Notes: generated by a model not told the origin, from the letters alone. 64,000 bases of DNA from Rhodospirillales bacterium (GCA_965222795.1 OZ244972.1:3709231-3773230), one strand, 5' to 3'. Numbered from the stretch's first letter, positions 31,290-43,500 are shown. A program made the numbers and translations.

Positions 31290-32711
31290 ATGCCCTACCT
31301 TCTCTTCGGCGCCGTTGTCGGCGCAGTTATGTTCGCGGTCACGCTTATCCTGATTCTGATGCGTTACAAGCGCTGCCCGTCGAACAAAATTCTCGTAAAA
31401 TGGGGAAAGGTCGGCATGGGCGCGGCGGGGGTGACGAAATCCTCGACCCAAATTCATGGTGGCGCCACCTTCGTGTGGCCGGTGATCCAGGCCTATGGCT
31501 TTCTTTCCTTAGAGCCGCTCAATACTGACATTGATCTGAAGGGTGCTCTTTCGAAGCAAAACATTCGCGTCAATGTACCCTCAAGTTTCACCTTCGCCAT
31601 TGGCACAACTCCGGAACTTATGGCTTCAGCCGCGGATCGTCTGCTCGGTATGAAGAGTGGAGCGATTATCTCGGCGGCCCGGGAGATCATTTTTGGGCAG
31701 CTTCGGGCCACGATCGCGACCATGAACATTGAAGATATCAACGGCAATCGGGAGGCCTTTGAGAAGGCCGTACTCGACAATATTGACACGGAAATGCGGA
31801 AGATCGGCCTCTATCTTATCAACGTAAACATCTCGGATATCACCGACGAGTCCGGTTATCTGGAGGCCCTCGGCCAAGAGGCCGCATCGCGGGTCGTCGC
31901 CGATGCCCAGATTAAGGTTGCGGCGAACGAGCGCAATGGCGCCATCGGCGCGGCAAACGCCAAGGCCGAGGAGCGAACAAAGGTCGCTGAAGCGGAAGCT
32001 GTGGCTGTGCAGGGTGAGAATCTTGCTGCGGTCGTTCAGGCAAACTCAACCGCCGATCGCCAGGTCGCGGAAGCAGAAGCCAAGCGGAAGTCGGATGCCG
32101 CCGAGGCTGTTCAGGCAGCTTCCGCTTTGGCCGAGGGCTTCGCCGCGGAAAAAGATGCCGAAGCGGTTCGGGCTGAGCGCGACCGAGCAACACAGTTCGC
32201 AGATGAGGTTGTCCCAGCTCAGATTGCCGCTGACAAGGCGCTGATTGAAGCAGGAGCGGCAAAGAAAGTCGAAGTGCTCGAGGGTGAGGCTCGCGGTGAC
32301 GCGCGCAAGGCAGAACTGGAAGGTGAAGCGGCAGGCCTGAAGAGCATTGTTGTTGCGGCCGCGAGCGACCCAGACAAGGCGGCGATGCTTCTGATCGTAC
32401 AAAAACTTGATCGGATCGCCGAGCTGCAGGCTCAGGCTATTTCCAACATCGATTTCGAAAAGATCGTCGTCTACGATGGCGGCGGCAGCTACGGTCAAAA
32501 TGGTTCGACCGCTCGCTTCATGCAGGATCTCACCAAGATGCTGCCGCAGCTACACGAGTTCGCCAAGATGGCCGGCGTCACTCTGCCCAACTTTTTGGGC
32601 GAAACGCTCGCTGATTCGTTTGACATGGCTGCTCAAGACAAAACCCAGCTGCCTACTGATCAAGGTAACTTGCAGGCTGCCGATGGTACTGCATCAGGTG
32701 TTCAATCCTGA
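31290..32711 (+). CDS. Flotillin-like SPFH/band-7 domain protein (FloT/YuaG-like)
   Basis: N-terminal TM helix, an SPFH domain, then a long Ala/Glu-rich coiled-coil (EA repeat) region typical of flotillins. ATG 31290 (the ORF track begins at TTG 31275). 473 aa. Confidence 0.8.
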   Translation: MPYLLFGAVVGAVMFAVTLILILMRYKRCPSNKILVKWGKVGMGAAGVTKSSTQIHGGATFVWPVIQAYGFLSLEPLNTDIDLKGALSKQNIRVNVPSSFTFAIGTTPELMASAADRLLGMKSGAIISAAREIIFGQLRATIATMNIEDINGNREAFEKAVLDNIDTEMRKIGLYLINVNISDITDESGYLEALGQEAASRVVADAQIKVAANERNGAIGAANAKAEERTKVAEAEAVAVQGENLAAVVQANSTADRQVAEAEAKRKSDAAEAVQAASALAEGFAAEKDAEAVRAERDRATQFADEVVPAQIAADKALIEAGAAKKVEVLEGEARGDARKAELEGEAAGLKSIVVAAASDPDKAAMLLIVQKLDRIAELQAQAISNIDFEKIVVYDGGGSYGQNGSTARFMQDLTKMLPQLHEFAKMAGVTLPNFLGETLADSFDMAAQDKTQLPTDQGNLQAADGTASGVQS

Positions 32712-32920
32712 TCTTTCGTCCTAAGGGACCGGAAGTGTGTGTTGATCTTCTTTACTTGACGACGGTCCTGCACTGCTTCCTGAACCCCTGGTCCGAGATT
32801 GACGGGCTGCGAATCTCACTTCAGAGTCTCATTGTCGGTGGCTGGTCGACTGACTTGGTCCGAAAACAGCCCATCCATCAGGGCGATGAAATCAGGGTGG
32901 TCCATCCTCAGCCTCCCCCC

Positions 32921-33493
32921 CTAAACCCCTATCACCCGCATCAGCGCCCTAATCACCCGCGCCGCCGCTGCGGCCAGCCTCGGCTTTCCGCGCACCGCCT
33001 CGGCCAGCAGCGGCCCGACCCGCCAGTAAAGCCAAATCAAACCCCGCCCCCAGGGCGTCGGCGCCAGGTGCCGGTCCCGCCAGCGCTTCAGCGCCATGAC
33101 TTCGGGCGCGCCGGCATCGCCGAACACGGCGGTGGCGACGAAGCACTTGGTCTTCCAGGTCTTGTGCAGCTCCCAGCGGACCCCGTCATCGGTGGCGATC
33201 TTGATCACTTCGAGCCTGCCGCGCTCGATCATCCGCAGCGTCGCGTCGAGGCGCGCGGTCTTCATCATGAAGTGGTCTTCCGCCTTGCCCAGGCGGATGG
33301 CGTGGCCGAAGGCGGCGCAGAATTCGTCGTCGCTGACTTTCAAATGCTGCTCGCGCGCACCGTCGATAAGGCGCCGCGGGATACCGAGGTAGTGGTTGTC
33401 CGGGTCGAGGATGCGGTCCTTGTCCGCCGGGGTCAGGACGAAGATGCAGTCGGGATCGCGCTCAGCAGGGCCTTCCGGCTCACAGGACGACAT
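32921..33493 (-). CDS. Hypothetical protein (190 aa), conserved-looking
   Basis: GGAGG RBS before ATG 33491-33493. Its 3' end is duplicated as a remnant at 30340-30432. The 289-aa plus-strand ORF over the same DNA has no coding support. Confidence 0.5.
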   Translation of the reverse strand: MSSCEPEGPAERDPDCIFVLTPADKDRILDPDNHYLGIPRRLIDGAREQHLKVSDDEFCAAFGHAIRLGKAEDHFMMKTARLDATLRMIERGRLEVIKIATDDGVRWELHKTWKTKCFVATAVFGDAGAPEVMALKRWRDRHLAPTPWGRGLIWLYWRVGPLLAEAVRGKPRLAAAAARVIRALMRVIGV

Positions 33494-33679
33494 GGCGGGC
33501 CTCCTAACCCAACCGAGCATAAAGGGGCGATACGGCCAGCGGCAAGGTTGCCACTCGCCGCCGGCCTGCGCCGGTTTCACCAGCTGGGCTTCACACGCGC
33601 GTGACCAGTCTTGGCAAGCCCTGTGCTCGGCCCCTACATTACCTCATGTCATCTTGTCGCGAACCGGAGGCCCGAGCCC

Positions 33680-34087
33680 ATGCCCGAGAAAGTCGTCAAA
33701 TCCGATGCCGAGTGGCGGCCCGAGCTCTCACCGGAGGAATTTCAGGTGACCCGGCGGGCGGGGACCGAGCGGCCCTTCACCGGCCGCTATCACGACTGCA
33801 AGGTGGCCGGCACTTACCTTTGCGTCTGCTGCGGCCAGCCGCTTTTCAGTTCCAAGACCAAGTTTGACTCGCGAACCGGCTGGCCGAGCTTCTGGGCGCC
33901 GATCGACCCCGAGGCCGTCGCCACCGAGGACGACCGCAGCCTGTGGATGAGGCGCACCGAGGTGCTCTGCGCCCGCTGCGATGCCCATCTCGGCCATGTC
34001 TTCCCGGACGGCCCCGAGCCGACCGGCCAGCGCTATTGCATGAACTCGGCCGCCCTGAAACTGAAGCCGGAAGCGTCGGAAAATTAG
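33680..34087 (+). CDS. msrB: Peptide-methionine (R)-S-oxide reductase
   Basis: Two CxxC pairs ([21 protein letters not shown]) and the catalytic RYCMNSAAL motif. GGAGG RBS. 135 aa. Confidence 0.9.
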   Translation: MPEKVVKSDAEWRPELSPEEFQVTRRAGTERPFTGRYHDCKVAGTYLCVCCGQPLFSSKTKFDSRTGWPSFWAPIDPEAVATEDDRSLWMRRTEVLCARCDAHLGHVFPDGPEPTGQRYCMNSAALKLKPEASEN

Positions 34088-34247
34088 CGCACTTCAAGAT
34101 AGTTCTGAGTCGGCACCAGCCCGCTCCCCCTCCCGACCACCCAATGCCATTGTACGCTCGTGGGCTCGCGCCAGCGAGAGGCGGAAGGCCGGGACGGGGA
34201 GCGGGCTGGTGCTGATCAAACTTGAAAGACTCTAGCGGCGGCTGAGG

Positions 34248-35177
34248 TTAAATTTCGCTCCGCGCCAGCTCGTAGAGGCCGATGGCGGCCGCCGCCGAGA
34301 CGTTGAGGTCCTGGATCGGCCCTTGGGTGGGCAGTCGCACCAGCAAATCGCAGGCCTCGCGGGTCAGGCGACGCAGGCCCCGACCCTCGGCACCCAGAAC
34401 CAGGCAGGACCTAGGCCCCGGTGCGGCCGCGGCCAAGGTCAGTTCCGCCTCGCCGGCCAGGCCCAAGCAGAAGACCCCCGCCGCTTGAAGCTGCCTGAGG
34501 CAGCGTGCCAGGTTGGTCTCGGCCAGAAGCGGCACTACCTCCAAGGCGCCGGAGGCGGCCTTGGCCAGCGCTCCCGACTCGCCTGGTGCATGGCGCTTGG
34601 TCTGGATCACGGCAGTTGCCCCCAAAGCCGCTGCCGAGCGCAGCACGGCGCCGACGTTTTGCGGGTCGCTCACCTGGTCAAGAGCGATCAGCCGCAACGG
34701 CCCATCGCCGGCTTGCTGCAGGATATCCTCCAGGTCCGGCGCCGATAGGGGCTCGACCAGCAAGGCCAAGCCCTGGTGAAGGGCGCCCGCCGGTAGCAAG
34801 TTGGCGAGGGCCTCGCGGGTCGCCGACTCCGGGACCAGAGATGCCGTTGAGGCCTGGGCCCCAGTCTTTGCCAAAGCGTCCGCCAAGGCCTCATCACGCC
34901 GGGCCAAGGCTGCGGCCTCGACCAGCAGGCGCCGGCAGCGGCGGGCCGGATTGGCCAAGGCTGCCAGCACCGGATGGCGGCCCCAGAGCCAAAACCCGTT
35001 TGCCTGCTTTGTCCGGCGCCGCTCTCTTTGCCAGGAGGCGCCCTTGTTGTGCTGCTGCGGCGACTTGGCGGTTGCGGGGTTTGGCTTGCCGACCGTCTTT
35101 CCATGACCCCCCTTTTTAACCGCCGCGTGGCGCCTTTTTCGGGATACTGCGACCTGTTGTCCCTTGTTTTTGCCCAT
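34248..35177 (-). CDS. rlmB: SpoU/TrmH-family 23S rRNA 2'-O-methyltransferase (RlmB-like) with a basic N-terminal extension
   Basis: SPOUT motifs LDQVSDPQNVGAVLRSAAALG, LVLGAEGRGL and IQDLNVSAAAAIGLYE. About 70 aa of Lys/Arg-rich N-terminal tail. Confidence 0.75.
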   Translation of the reverse strand: MGKNKGQQVAVSRKRRHAAVKKGGHGKTVGKPNPATAKSPQQHNKGASWQRERRRTKQANGFWLWGRHPVLAALANPARRCRRLLVEAAALARRDEALADALAKTGAQASTASLVPESATREALANLLPAGALHQGLALLVEPLSAPDLEDILQQAGDGPLRLIALDQVSDPQNVGAVLRSAAALGATAVIQTKRHAPGESGALAKAASGALEVVPLLAETNLARCLRQLQAAGVFCLGLAGEAELTLAAAAPGPRSCLVLGAEGRGLRRLTREACDLLVRLPTQGPIQDLNVSAAAAIGLYELARSEI

Positions 35178-35280
35178 GTGAATGCCTAATATCCTACTCC
35201 GAGCGGAAGGATGCTGGTTGGCTGCCGACCGGTCGCGCCAAGAAAAGCGGGCCGGTGGTTGCTCTTTGTCTCGTTTGAAG

Positions 35281-35309
35281 TTGACACACGATCATAAATC
35301 ACCATAGTT
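35281..35309 (+). promoter_or_regulatory. Candidate sigma70-type promoter for the tRNA-tuf operon
   Basis: TTGACA (35281-35286), a 17-nt spacer, then ATAGTT (35304-35309), about 38 nt upstream of tRNA-Tyr. Confidence 0.35.
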
Positions 35310-35346
35310 CGCAACGCTGTCGGCCGTGTCATGCGGGCGACACAAG

Positions 35347-35432
35347 GGAGGGGTGCCCGAGTGGCTAAAGGGGACGGGCTGTAAACCCGTTGGCGTACGC
35401 CTACGTTGGTTCGAATCCAACCCCCTCCACCA
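35347..35432 (+). tRNA. tRNA-Tyr (anticodon GTA), long variable arm, CCA encoded
   Basis: Acceptor stem GGAGGGG/CCCCTCC and anticodon loop CTGTAAA. 86 nt. Confidence 0.9.
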
Positions 35433-35557
35433 TGGCACGGCCAAATAATTGTATGGCGCGCTAATCAGAGGAGCACGACACGACCAGAAGGTGCTAGCAA
35501 GACCGCTGCGAGATTCGGCAAGCGGGGCATGACCCGGTCAAGGGTCACCTACGCTGG

Positions 35558-35631
<74 letters not shown>

Positions 35632-35736
35632 AAGCCCCAGATGCCGAGGGATCGCTAGGAATCTGGCTAGGTACTCTTCCTCTCACCGGCAGGATGATTG
35701 TCACCGTCACTCATGGGTTAAGGGACCAGATTACCG

Positions 35737-36927
<1,191 letters not shown>

Positions 36928-36975
36928 GGACAAGGCTTGGACAGGTTTCGTTGCGGCGGCGGTGCGACCAGGAAT

Positions 36976-37051
36976 TAGGAGTGTAGCTCAATTGGCAGAG
37001 CACCGGTCTCCAAAACCGGGGGTTGTGGGTTCGAGTCCCTCCACTCCTGCC
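36976..37051 (+). tRNA. tRNA-Trp (anticodon CCA)
   Basis: AGGAGTGTAGCTCAATTGGCAGAGC with anticodon loop CTCCAAA. Canonical position between tuf and secE. Confidence 0.9.
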
Positions 37052-37149
37052 AGCTTGCGGTGGTTGGTGCAAGCGCTGGCGCTTGGTGGCTGGATGCAGG
37101 GTACCTGCTGCAGGGTCGGAGACGGTAGGCAAGACATTTTGGGCGGATT

Positions 37150-37353
37150 GTGACGATGGCAAAGACGAGCCCTGGTCAATTCATTCGCGAGGTGCGCCAG
37201 GAGGTCGCCAAGGTGACCTGGCCAACCCGCAAAGAGACCGGCATCACCACCGGTATGGTGATGATCATGGTGTTTTTGGCGGCTGGCTTCTTTTTTCTGG
37301 TCGACCAGATCCTGTCTTTTGCTGTGCGCTTGATTTTGGGCCTAGGAGGGTAA
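37150..37353 (+). CDS. secE: Preprotein translocase subunit SecE
   Basis: Small protein with a single C-terminal TM helix, directly upstream of nusG. Start is GTG 37150 or ATG 37156. Confidence 0.85.
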   Translation: MTMAKTSPGQFIREVRQEVAKVTWPTRKETGITTGMVMIMVFLAAGFFFLVDQILSFAVRLILGLGG

Positions 37354-37362
37354 CAAGTTCTG

Positions 37363-37893
37363 ATGGCCATGCGGTGGTATGTGATCCACGTCTATTCCGG
37401 GTTTGAGAAGAAGGTTGCCGATTCGATCCGCGAGCAGTCGCGCCAGAAGGGAATGGAAGAGAACTTCGAGGAAATTCTGGTGCCGACCGAAGAAGTTGTC
37501 GAGGTGCGTCGCGGCCAGCGGGTCAATGCCGAGCGGAAGTTTTTTCCGGGCTATGTGTTAATTAAAATGGACCTCACCGACGATAGTTGGCACCTGGTCA
37601 AGAACACCCCCAAGGTCACCGGTTTCTTGGGAGGTCGGGGCCGACCTTCGCCGATCTCGGCCTCCGAGGCGGAGCGTATTCAGCGCCAAGTGCAAGAAGG
37701 TGTGGAGCGGCCGAAGCCGTCGGTCACCTTCGAGGTCGGCGAGCAGGTGCGGGTCTGCGACGGTCCCTTTACCTCGTTCAACGGCTTGGTCGAAGAGGTT
37801 GACGAAGAGCGTGCCCGCCTCAAGGTGGCGGTGTCGATTTTTGGGCGGTCGACGCCGGTCGAGCTGGAGTATACGCAGGTAGAAAAAGGCTAG
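37363..37893 (+). CDS. nusG: Transcription termination/antitermination factor NusG
   Basis: NGN domain ([14 protein letters not shown]) plus a C-terminal KOW domain ([25 protein letters not shown]). Confidence 0.95.
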   Translation: MAMRWYVIHVYSGFEKKVADSIREQSRQKGMEENFEEILVPTEEVVEVRRGQRVNAERKFFPGYVLIKMDLTDDSWHLVKNTPKVTGFLGGRGRPSPISASEAERIQRQVQEGVERPKPSVTFEVGEQVRVCDGPFTSFNGLVEEVDEERARLKVAVSIFGRSTPVELEYTQVEKG

Positions 37894-37979
37894 GATCCGC
37901 AGGTTTTCACGAAGCGCGGGAGGCTCGCCATGGCCGTTACCGCGCAGCCCCCAAAAGGCGTCGAAGGAGGGTGCATTAG

Positions 37980-38408
37980 ATGGCAAAGAAAGTTGCCGGC
38001 TATATCAAGCTGGAGATTAAGGCGGGGCAGGCAAATCCCTCGCCGCCGGTTGGCCCGGCCCTGGGCCAACGCGGTCTTAATATTATGGAGTTTTGCAAGG
38101 CCTTTAACGCGGCCACCCAGAACATGGAGCCGGGAACGCCGACGCCGGTGGAGATCACCGCCTACGCGGATCGCACCTTCTCCTTTGTCACCAAGACGCC
38201 GCCGGCGAGTTACTACCTGCGCAAGGCGGCGAAGCTAAGCAAGGGCTCGCAGGAGCCCGGCAAGGTGATCGCCGGAAAGGTGACCATGGACCAGGTGCGC
38301 GAGATCGCCGAGGCAAAAATGGTTGACCTTAATGCCAATGACATCGACGCGGCAGCAAAGATCATTGCTGGTTCGGCCCGCTCCATGGGCCTCGAGGTGT
38401 TGGAGTAG
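37980..38408 (+). CDS. rplK: 50S ribosomal protein L11
   Basis: [54 protein letters not shown]. Confidence 0.97.
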   Translation: MAKKVAGYIKLEIKAGQANPSPPVGPALGQRGLNIMEFCKAFNAATQNMEPGTPTPVEITAYADRTFSFVTKTPPASYYLRKAAKLSKGSQEPGKVIAGKVTMDQVREIAEAKMVDLNANDIDAAAKIIAGSARSMGLEVLE

Positions 38409-38414
38409 AGGACG

Positions 38415-39122
38415 ATGGCCAAGCATGGAAAACGCCTGAAAAAGGCTTATGAAGAGATTGATCGCTCGACCGTTTATGCGCTCGAGGAGGCGATCGGCCT
38501 GATCAAAAGCCGGGCTACCGCAAAGTTTGACGAGACCGTGGAGATCGCCATGAACCTGGGCGTCGACCCGCGCCACGCCGACCAAAATGTGCGCGGCATG
38601 GTGTCCTTGCCCAACGGCACCGGTCGCAGCGTGCGGGTCGCCGTCTTCGCCAAAGGGGCCAAGGCCGAAGAGGCTACGGCCGCCGGCGCTGACCTGGTCG
38701 GGGCCGAGGATCTGGCGGAAAAGGTCAAGGCTGGGGAGATCGAGTTTGACCGTTGCGTGGCAACGCCGGATATGATGTCGGTTGTCGGTCGTCTCGGCCG
38801 TATTCTTGGACCGCGCGGCCTGATGCCTAATCCCAAGTTGGGTACGGTGACGACCGACGTCACGGCGGCGATTCAGGCAGCCAAAGGCGGCCAAGTGGAG
38901 TTTCGGGTCGAGAAAGCCGGCATCGTCCATGGCGGTGTTGGCAAGGCAAGCTTCAGTGAGGAAGCCTTGGCTGAGAACGTTAAGGCCTTCTTTGATGCCA
39001 TTTCCAAGGCGAAGCCAAGCGGGGCAAAGGGCACCTATATCAAGCGGGTGTCCTTGTCATCCACCATGGGTCCCGGGCTGAAGCTTGAAATCGGCAGTCT
39101 GGCGAGCGGCGCTCAGGCCTAG
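38415..39122 (+). CDS. rplA: 50S ribosomal protein L1
   Basis: 235-aa L1 sequence immediately after rplK. Confidence 0.97.
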   Translation: MAKHGKRLKKAYEEIDRSTVYALEEAIGLIKSRATAKFDETVEIAMNLGVDPRHADQNVRGMVSLPNGTGRSVRVAVFAKGAKAEEATAAGADLVGAEDLAEKVKAGEIEFDRCVATPDMMSVVGRLGRILGPRGLMPNPKLGTVTTDVTAAIQAAKGGQVEFRVEKAGIVHGGVGKASFSEEALAENVKAFFDAISKAKPSGAKGTYIKRVSLSSTMGPGLKLEIGSLASGAQA

Positions 39123-39445
39123 ACCAGGCAAGACGGAATGCCGGCCTTAATCGCAGTCGATTGAGGCCGCATGGGGATGGATCGCAACGCTTAAGGTCCA
39201 TTCCAACCTGTCCAAGACTGCAGGTGCCAAGAGGCATTGCTTCGAGGCTTAAGCGCGATTTCGCGGCCCGCATGAGACAGGAAGCAGAGCAACCCTTGGG
39301 TTCCACCCTGGTGTGAGACCCCTGGCTTGAGCTTCCGGGACAGGCGAGCCGGACCTTTCGGGCCTGTAACCGGGAGGTCTTTGATGCAACCTGGCTTTCA
39401 TGTCCTAGGAGGACCGAAGGCCAACAGGAGACGGAGAGGTTCCCC
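39123..39445 (+). promoter_or_regulatory. rplJ (L10) leader region, expected site of L10(L12)4 autoregulation
   Basis: 323-nt GC-rich untranslated spacer between rplA and rplJ. This position holds the conserved L10 leader in most bacteria. The structure itself was not verified. Confidence 0.4.
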
Positions 39446-39964
39446 GTGGAACGAGCACAAAAGGAAGCGCTCGTCGCCTCTTTGCATCAGACGTTTCAAG
39501 ACGCCAGCCTGGTTGTCGTCACCCAGCAAACGGGAATGACGGTCTTCGAGGCGACCGACTTGCGGCGTCAGATGCGCGAGGCGGGCGCGTCCTACAAGGT
39601 GGCGAAGAACCGACTGGTCAAACGCGCCTTGGAAGGGACCAAGTTCACGGCACTCGAACCGCTGTTCAGTGGGCCGACCGCTATCGCCTATTCGGATGAT
39701 CCGGTGGCGGCGGCCAAGGTTTGCGTTGGGTATGCGAAGAAAAACAAGAAGTTGATGATTCTGGGTGGCGCCCTCGGTGAGGTGGCGCTGGATGTCCAGG
39801 CCGTCGATTCCTTGGCCAAGCTGCCGTCTTTGGACGAGCTTCGGGGCAAGCTGGTGGGCTTGCTTCAGGCGCCGGCCGGCAAGTTGGCTTCGGTTACCCA
39901 GGCGCCGGCTGGCCAGCTGGCCCGTGTCTTTGCTGCCTACGCCGACAAGGGCGAGGCAGCCTAA
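39446..39964 (+). CDS. rplJ: 50S ribosomal protein L10
   Basis: GTG start with GGAGAGG RBS. 172-aa L10 sequence. Confidence 0.95.
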   Translation: MERAQKEALVASLHQTFQDASLVVVTQQTGMTVFEATDLRRQMREAGASYKVAKNRLVKRALEGTKFTALEPLFSGPTAIAYSDDPVAAAKVCVGYAKKNKKLMILGGALGEVALDVQAVDSLAKLPSLDELRGKLVGLLQAPAGKLASVTQAPAGQLARVFAAYADKGEAA

Positions 39965-40007
39965 GTTCGTATCCGATCGAGAAGTTCAAGCCTAGGAGAT
40001 TGAAAAT

Positions 40008-40388
40008 ATGGCTGATCTAGACAAGTTGGTCGAGGAGCTGTCAAAGCTGACAGTGATCGAGGCCGCCGAGCTTTCCAAGAAATTAGAGGAAGCCTGGGGC
40101 GTGTCGGCGGCGGCGCCGGTCGCCGTGGCGGCAGTCGCCGCCGGTGGCGGTGACGAAGGCGAAGCAGCGGCCGAGCAGACTGAGTTCGACGCGGTCCTGA
40201 CCTCATTTGGCGACAAGAAGATCAATGTGATCAAGGAAGTGCGGGCCCTTACCGGACTCGGCCTTAAAGAAGCCAAAGAGCTGGTGGAAGGTGTGCCGAA
40301 GCCGGTCAAGGAAGGCGTCAGCAAGGACGAGGCCGAGGAGATCAAGAAAAAGCTCGAAGGCGTTGGCGCTACGGTGGAGCTCAAGTAG
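40008..40388 (+). CDS. rplL: 50S ribosomal protein L7/L12
   Basis: Ala-rich hinge [15 protein letters not shown] plus a C-terminal domain [28 protein letters not shown]. Confidence 0.97.
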   Translation: MADLDKLVEELSKLTVIEAAELSKKLEEAWGVSAAAPVAVAAVAAGGGDEGEAAAEQTEFDAVLTSFGDKKINVIKEVRALTGLGLKEAKELVEGVPKPVKEGVSKDEAEEIKKKLEGVGATVELK

Positions 40389-40425
40389 GCGTTTGACGGA
40401 ACAACTTGGCAGGCGGGGTCGTTCT

Positions 40426-40451
40426 GCGCGCGCCCGAAGGGGCGGCGCGAG
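40426..40451 (+). terminator. Candidate rplL-rpoB intergenic attenuator hairpin
   Basis: GC-rich imperfect hairpin tgcgcgcgccc-gaag-gggcggcgcga. No clean U tract follows. The position matches the known rplL-rpoB attenuator. Confidence 0.3.
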
Positions 40452-40580
40452 GGGTCCCGTTTGCCGTACTTTTGGGCTGGGTATTAGCGAGAATGTGAGT
40501 GGTCTGCGCTCCCATATTAAGTGGTGGCCGGTCGCTGGTTCGCAGCTGGTGAACAGAGTTGCAGTGACGAGGGTTTGATA

Positions 40581-43500
40581 ATGTCGAGGTCTTACACAGG
40601 TCGAAAGCGGATCCGCAAGCGCTTTGGGCGGATTGCCGAAGTGACCGAAATGCCGAACCTAATCGAGGTGCAAAAGACCTCTTACGACCATTTCCTGCAA
40701 ATGGATGTGCCCTTTGCCGAACGCTCCATGGTCGGCCTGCAGGAAGTGTTTTCTTCGGTCTTCCCAATTCGCGATTTCTCCGAGCGGGCGGAGCTGCAGT
40801 TTGTCAGTTATGAGTTGGAAGAGCCAAAATACGACGTCGAGGAATGCCAACAGCGCGGCATGACCTATGCGGCGCCGTTGAAGGTGACGCTGCGCCTTGT
40901 GGTTTGGGATGTCGACGAAGACACCGGATCACGCTCGATCCGCGACATCAAAGAACAAGACGTCTACATGGGCGACATGCCCTTGATGACCCCTAACGGT
41001 ACTTTCGTGATCAACGGCACGGAGCGGGTCATCGTCTCGCAGATGCATCGTAGTCCCGGCGTATTCTTCGATCACGATCGCGGCAAGACTCATTCCTCCG
41101 GCAAGTACCTTTTTGCCGCGCGGGTAATTCCCTACCGCGGCTCCTGGCTTGACTTCGAGTTTGACGCCAAGGATCTCGTTTATGTGCGAATCGACCGGCG
41201 GCGCAAGCTGCCGGCGACGACCCTCTTGTTGGCCCTCGATGGTGCCGAAACAGAGGCCTTGCGTGCGGCCCGTCAAGCCGAAGGCAAGACCCTGGAGGCC
41301 CATGAGGCACAAGGCATGACCTTCGAGGAAATCCTCGACACTTTCTATGAAAAGGTATCCTACCGTAAAGCGGAAGGGGGCTGGTCGACGCCTTTCGACG
41401 GGGAGCGCGCGCGTGGCTCCAAACTAACCAGCGACCTGGTCGATGCAAAATCCGGGAAGACTCTGGCCGAGGTCGGCACCAAGTTGACCCCGCGGCTGAT
41501 CCGCAAACTTAAGGAAGACGGCTTAGAAGATCAGTTGGTCAGCCCTGAGGAGCTGTTGGGTCGTTTCCTGGCTATCGATTTCGTCAACATGGAAACCGGC
41601 GAGGTTATGGCTGAGGCCGGTGACGAGATTACCGATGAGCTCCTAAAGGCATTGCTTGGTGCTGGCTATGACGATGTCCCGACTCTAGCCATCGACCCGG
41701 TGCACAAGGGTCCCTACATGCGCAACACCTTGGCGCTCGACAAGAATGCCACCCGCGAGGATGCACTGATCGACATTTACCGGGTGATGCGGCCAGGCGA
41801 ACCGCCGACCCTGGAGACGGCGGAAGCGCTGTTCAGCAGCTTGTTCTTCGATTCAGAGCGCTACGACCTCTCGGCAGTGGGGCGGGTCAAGATGAATTCC
41901 CGCCTAAGCTTGCAGGCGGACGACACGATTCGGGTGCTGCGAAAGCAAGATATCTTGTTGATTCTTAAGATTCTTTGTGACCTGAAGGACGGCCAGGGCG
42001 AGATCGACGATATCGACCATCTGGGCAATCGGCGAGTGCGCTCCGTCGGCGAACTGATGGAAAATCAGTACCGAATTGGCTTGCTGCGCATGGAGCGGGC
42101 GATCCGTGAACGCATGAGTTCGGTGGAGATCGACTCGATCATGCCCCACGACCTCATCAATGCGAAGCCGGCGGCGGCGGCGGTTCGCGAGTTCTTCGGC
42201 TCGTCGCAGCTATCGCAGTTTATGGATCAGACCAATCCGCTGTCGGAAATTACCCATAAACGCCGCTTGTCGGCGCTCGGGCCGGGTGGTCTGACCCGTG
42301 AGCGGGCCGGCTTTGAGGTGCGCGACGTTCATCCGACCCACTATGGCCGAATTTGCCCGATTGAAACGCCGGAAGGACCGAACATCGGCTTGATCAATTC
42401 GCTGGCGACCTATGCCCGGGTCAATCAATACGGCTTCATCGAAAGCCCCTACCGACGGGTCGACGACGGCAAGGTCTCCGAGGAGGTGATCTATCTCTCG
42501 GCCATGGATGAAGGGCGCTACATGATTGCCCAGGCCAACGCGGAGCGCGACGAGGACGGCCGACTGCTGGAAGACCTGATCTCCTGCCGCAAGGGCGGTG
42601 AGTATTTGCTCGCCCGGCGGGAGGATGTCGAGCTGATCGACGTGTCACCCAAGCAGCTGGTCTCGGTTGCCGCGGCCCTCATACCTTTTCTTGAGAACGA
42701 CGATGCCAACCGAGCCCTGATGGGCTCGAACATGCAGCGTCAGGCTGTGCCTCTGCTGCAAAGCGAGGCACCCTTGGTGGGTACGGGCATGGAGGAAACA
42801 GTTGCCCGTGATTCCGGTGTGGCCATCGCGGCACGCCGCTCGGGCGTCATCGACCAGGTGGATGCAACCCGTATTGTCATTCGCGTGACCGAGGAGACTT
42901 CCAGCGGCGAGCAGGCCGTGGATATCTATAACTTGCTGAAATTCCAACGCTCTAACCAGAATACCTCGATTACACAGCGGCCTCTCGTCAAAGTAGGCGA
43001 GGAAGTGGAGCGTGGTGACATCATTGCCGACGGACCGTCCACCCAACTGGGTGAATTAGCGCTCGGCCGCAACGCCCTGGTCGCCTTCATGCCCTGGCAG
43101 GGCTACAACTTCGAGGATTCGATCCTGATTTCAGAGCGTGTCGTCCGTGACGACGTCTTTACCTCGATCCACATCGAGGAATTCGAGGTCATGGCCCGCG
43201 ACACCAAGTTGGGTCAGGAGGATATCACCCGGGATATTCCAAACGTGGGCGAGGACGCGCTCCGGAACTTGGACGAGGCTGGGATTGTCTATATCGGTGC
43301 CGAGACCCAACCGGGCGATATCTTGGTAGGCAAGGTAACGCCCAAAGGCGAGTCGCCAATGACGCCGGAAGAGAAGTTGCTGCGGGCGATCTTTGGCGAG
43401 AAGGCTTCCGATGTTCGCGACACCTCGCTGCGGGTGCCGCCCGGCGTTTCGGGCACGGTGGTCGAAGTCCGTGTGTTTTCCCGCCGCGGCGTCGAAAAAG

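Noticed and set aside
32735-33604. 289-aa plus-strand ORF
   Set aside because: It lies antisense to the better-supported minus-strand gene 32921-33493, which has a GGAGG RBS and a duplicated C-terminus. The product is Pro/Arg/His-rich with no domain features. It is a typical GC-rich shadow ORF.
34088-34247. Long-range inverted repeat ggcaccagcccgctcccc ... ggggagcgggctggtgc between convergent msrB and rlmB
   Set aside because: It probably acts as a bidirectional terminator structure with a ~65-nt loop. It was not counted as a separate element.
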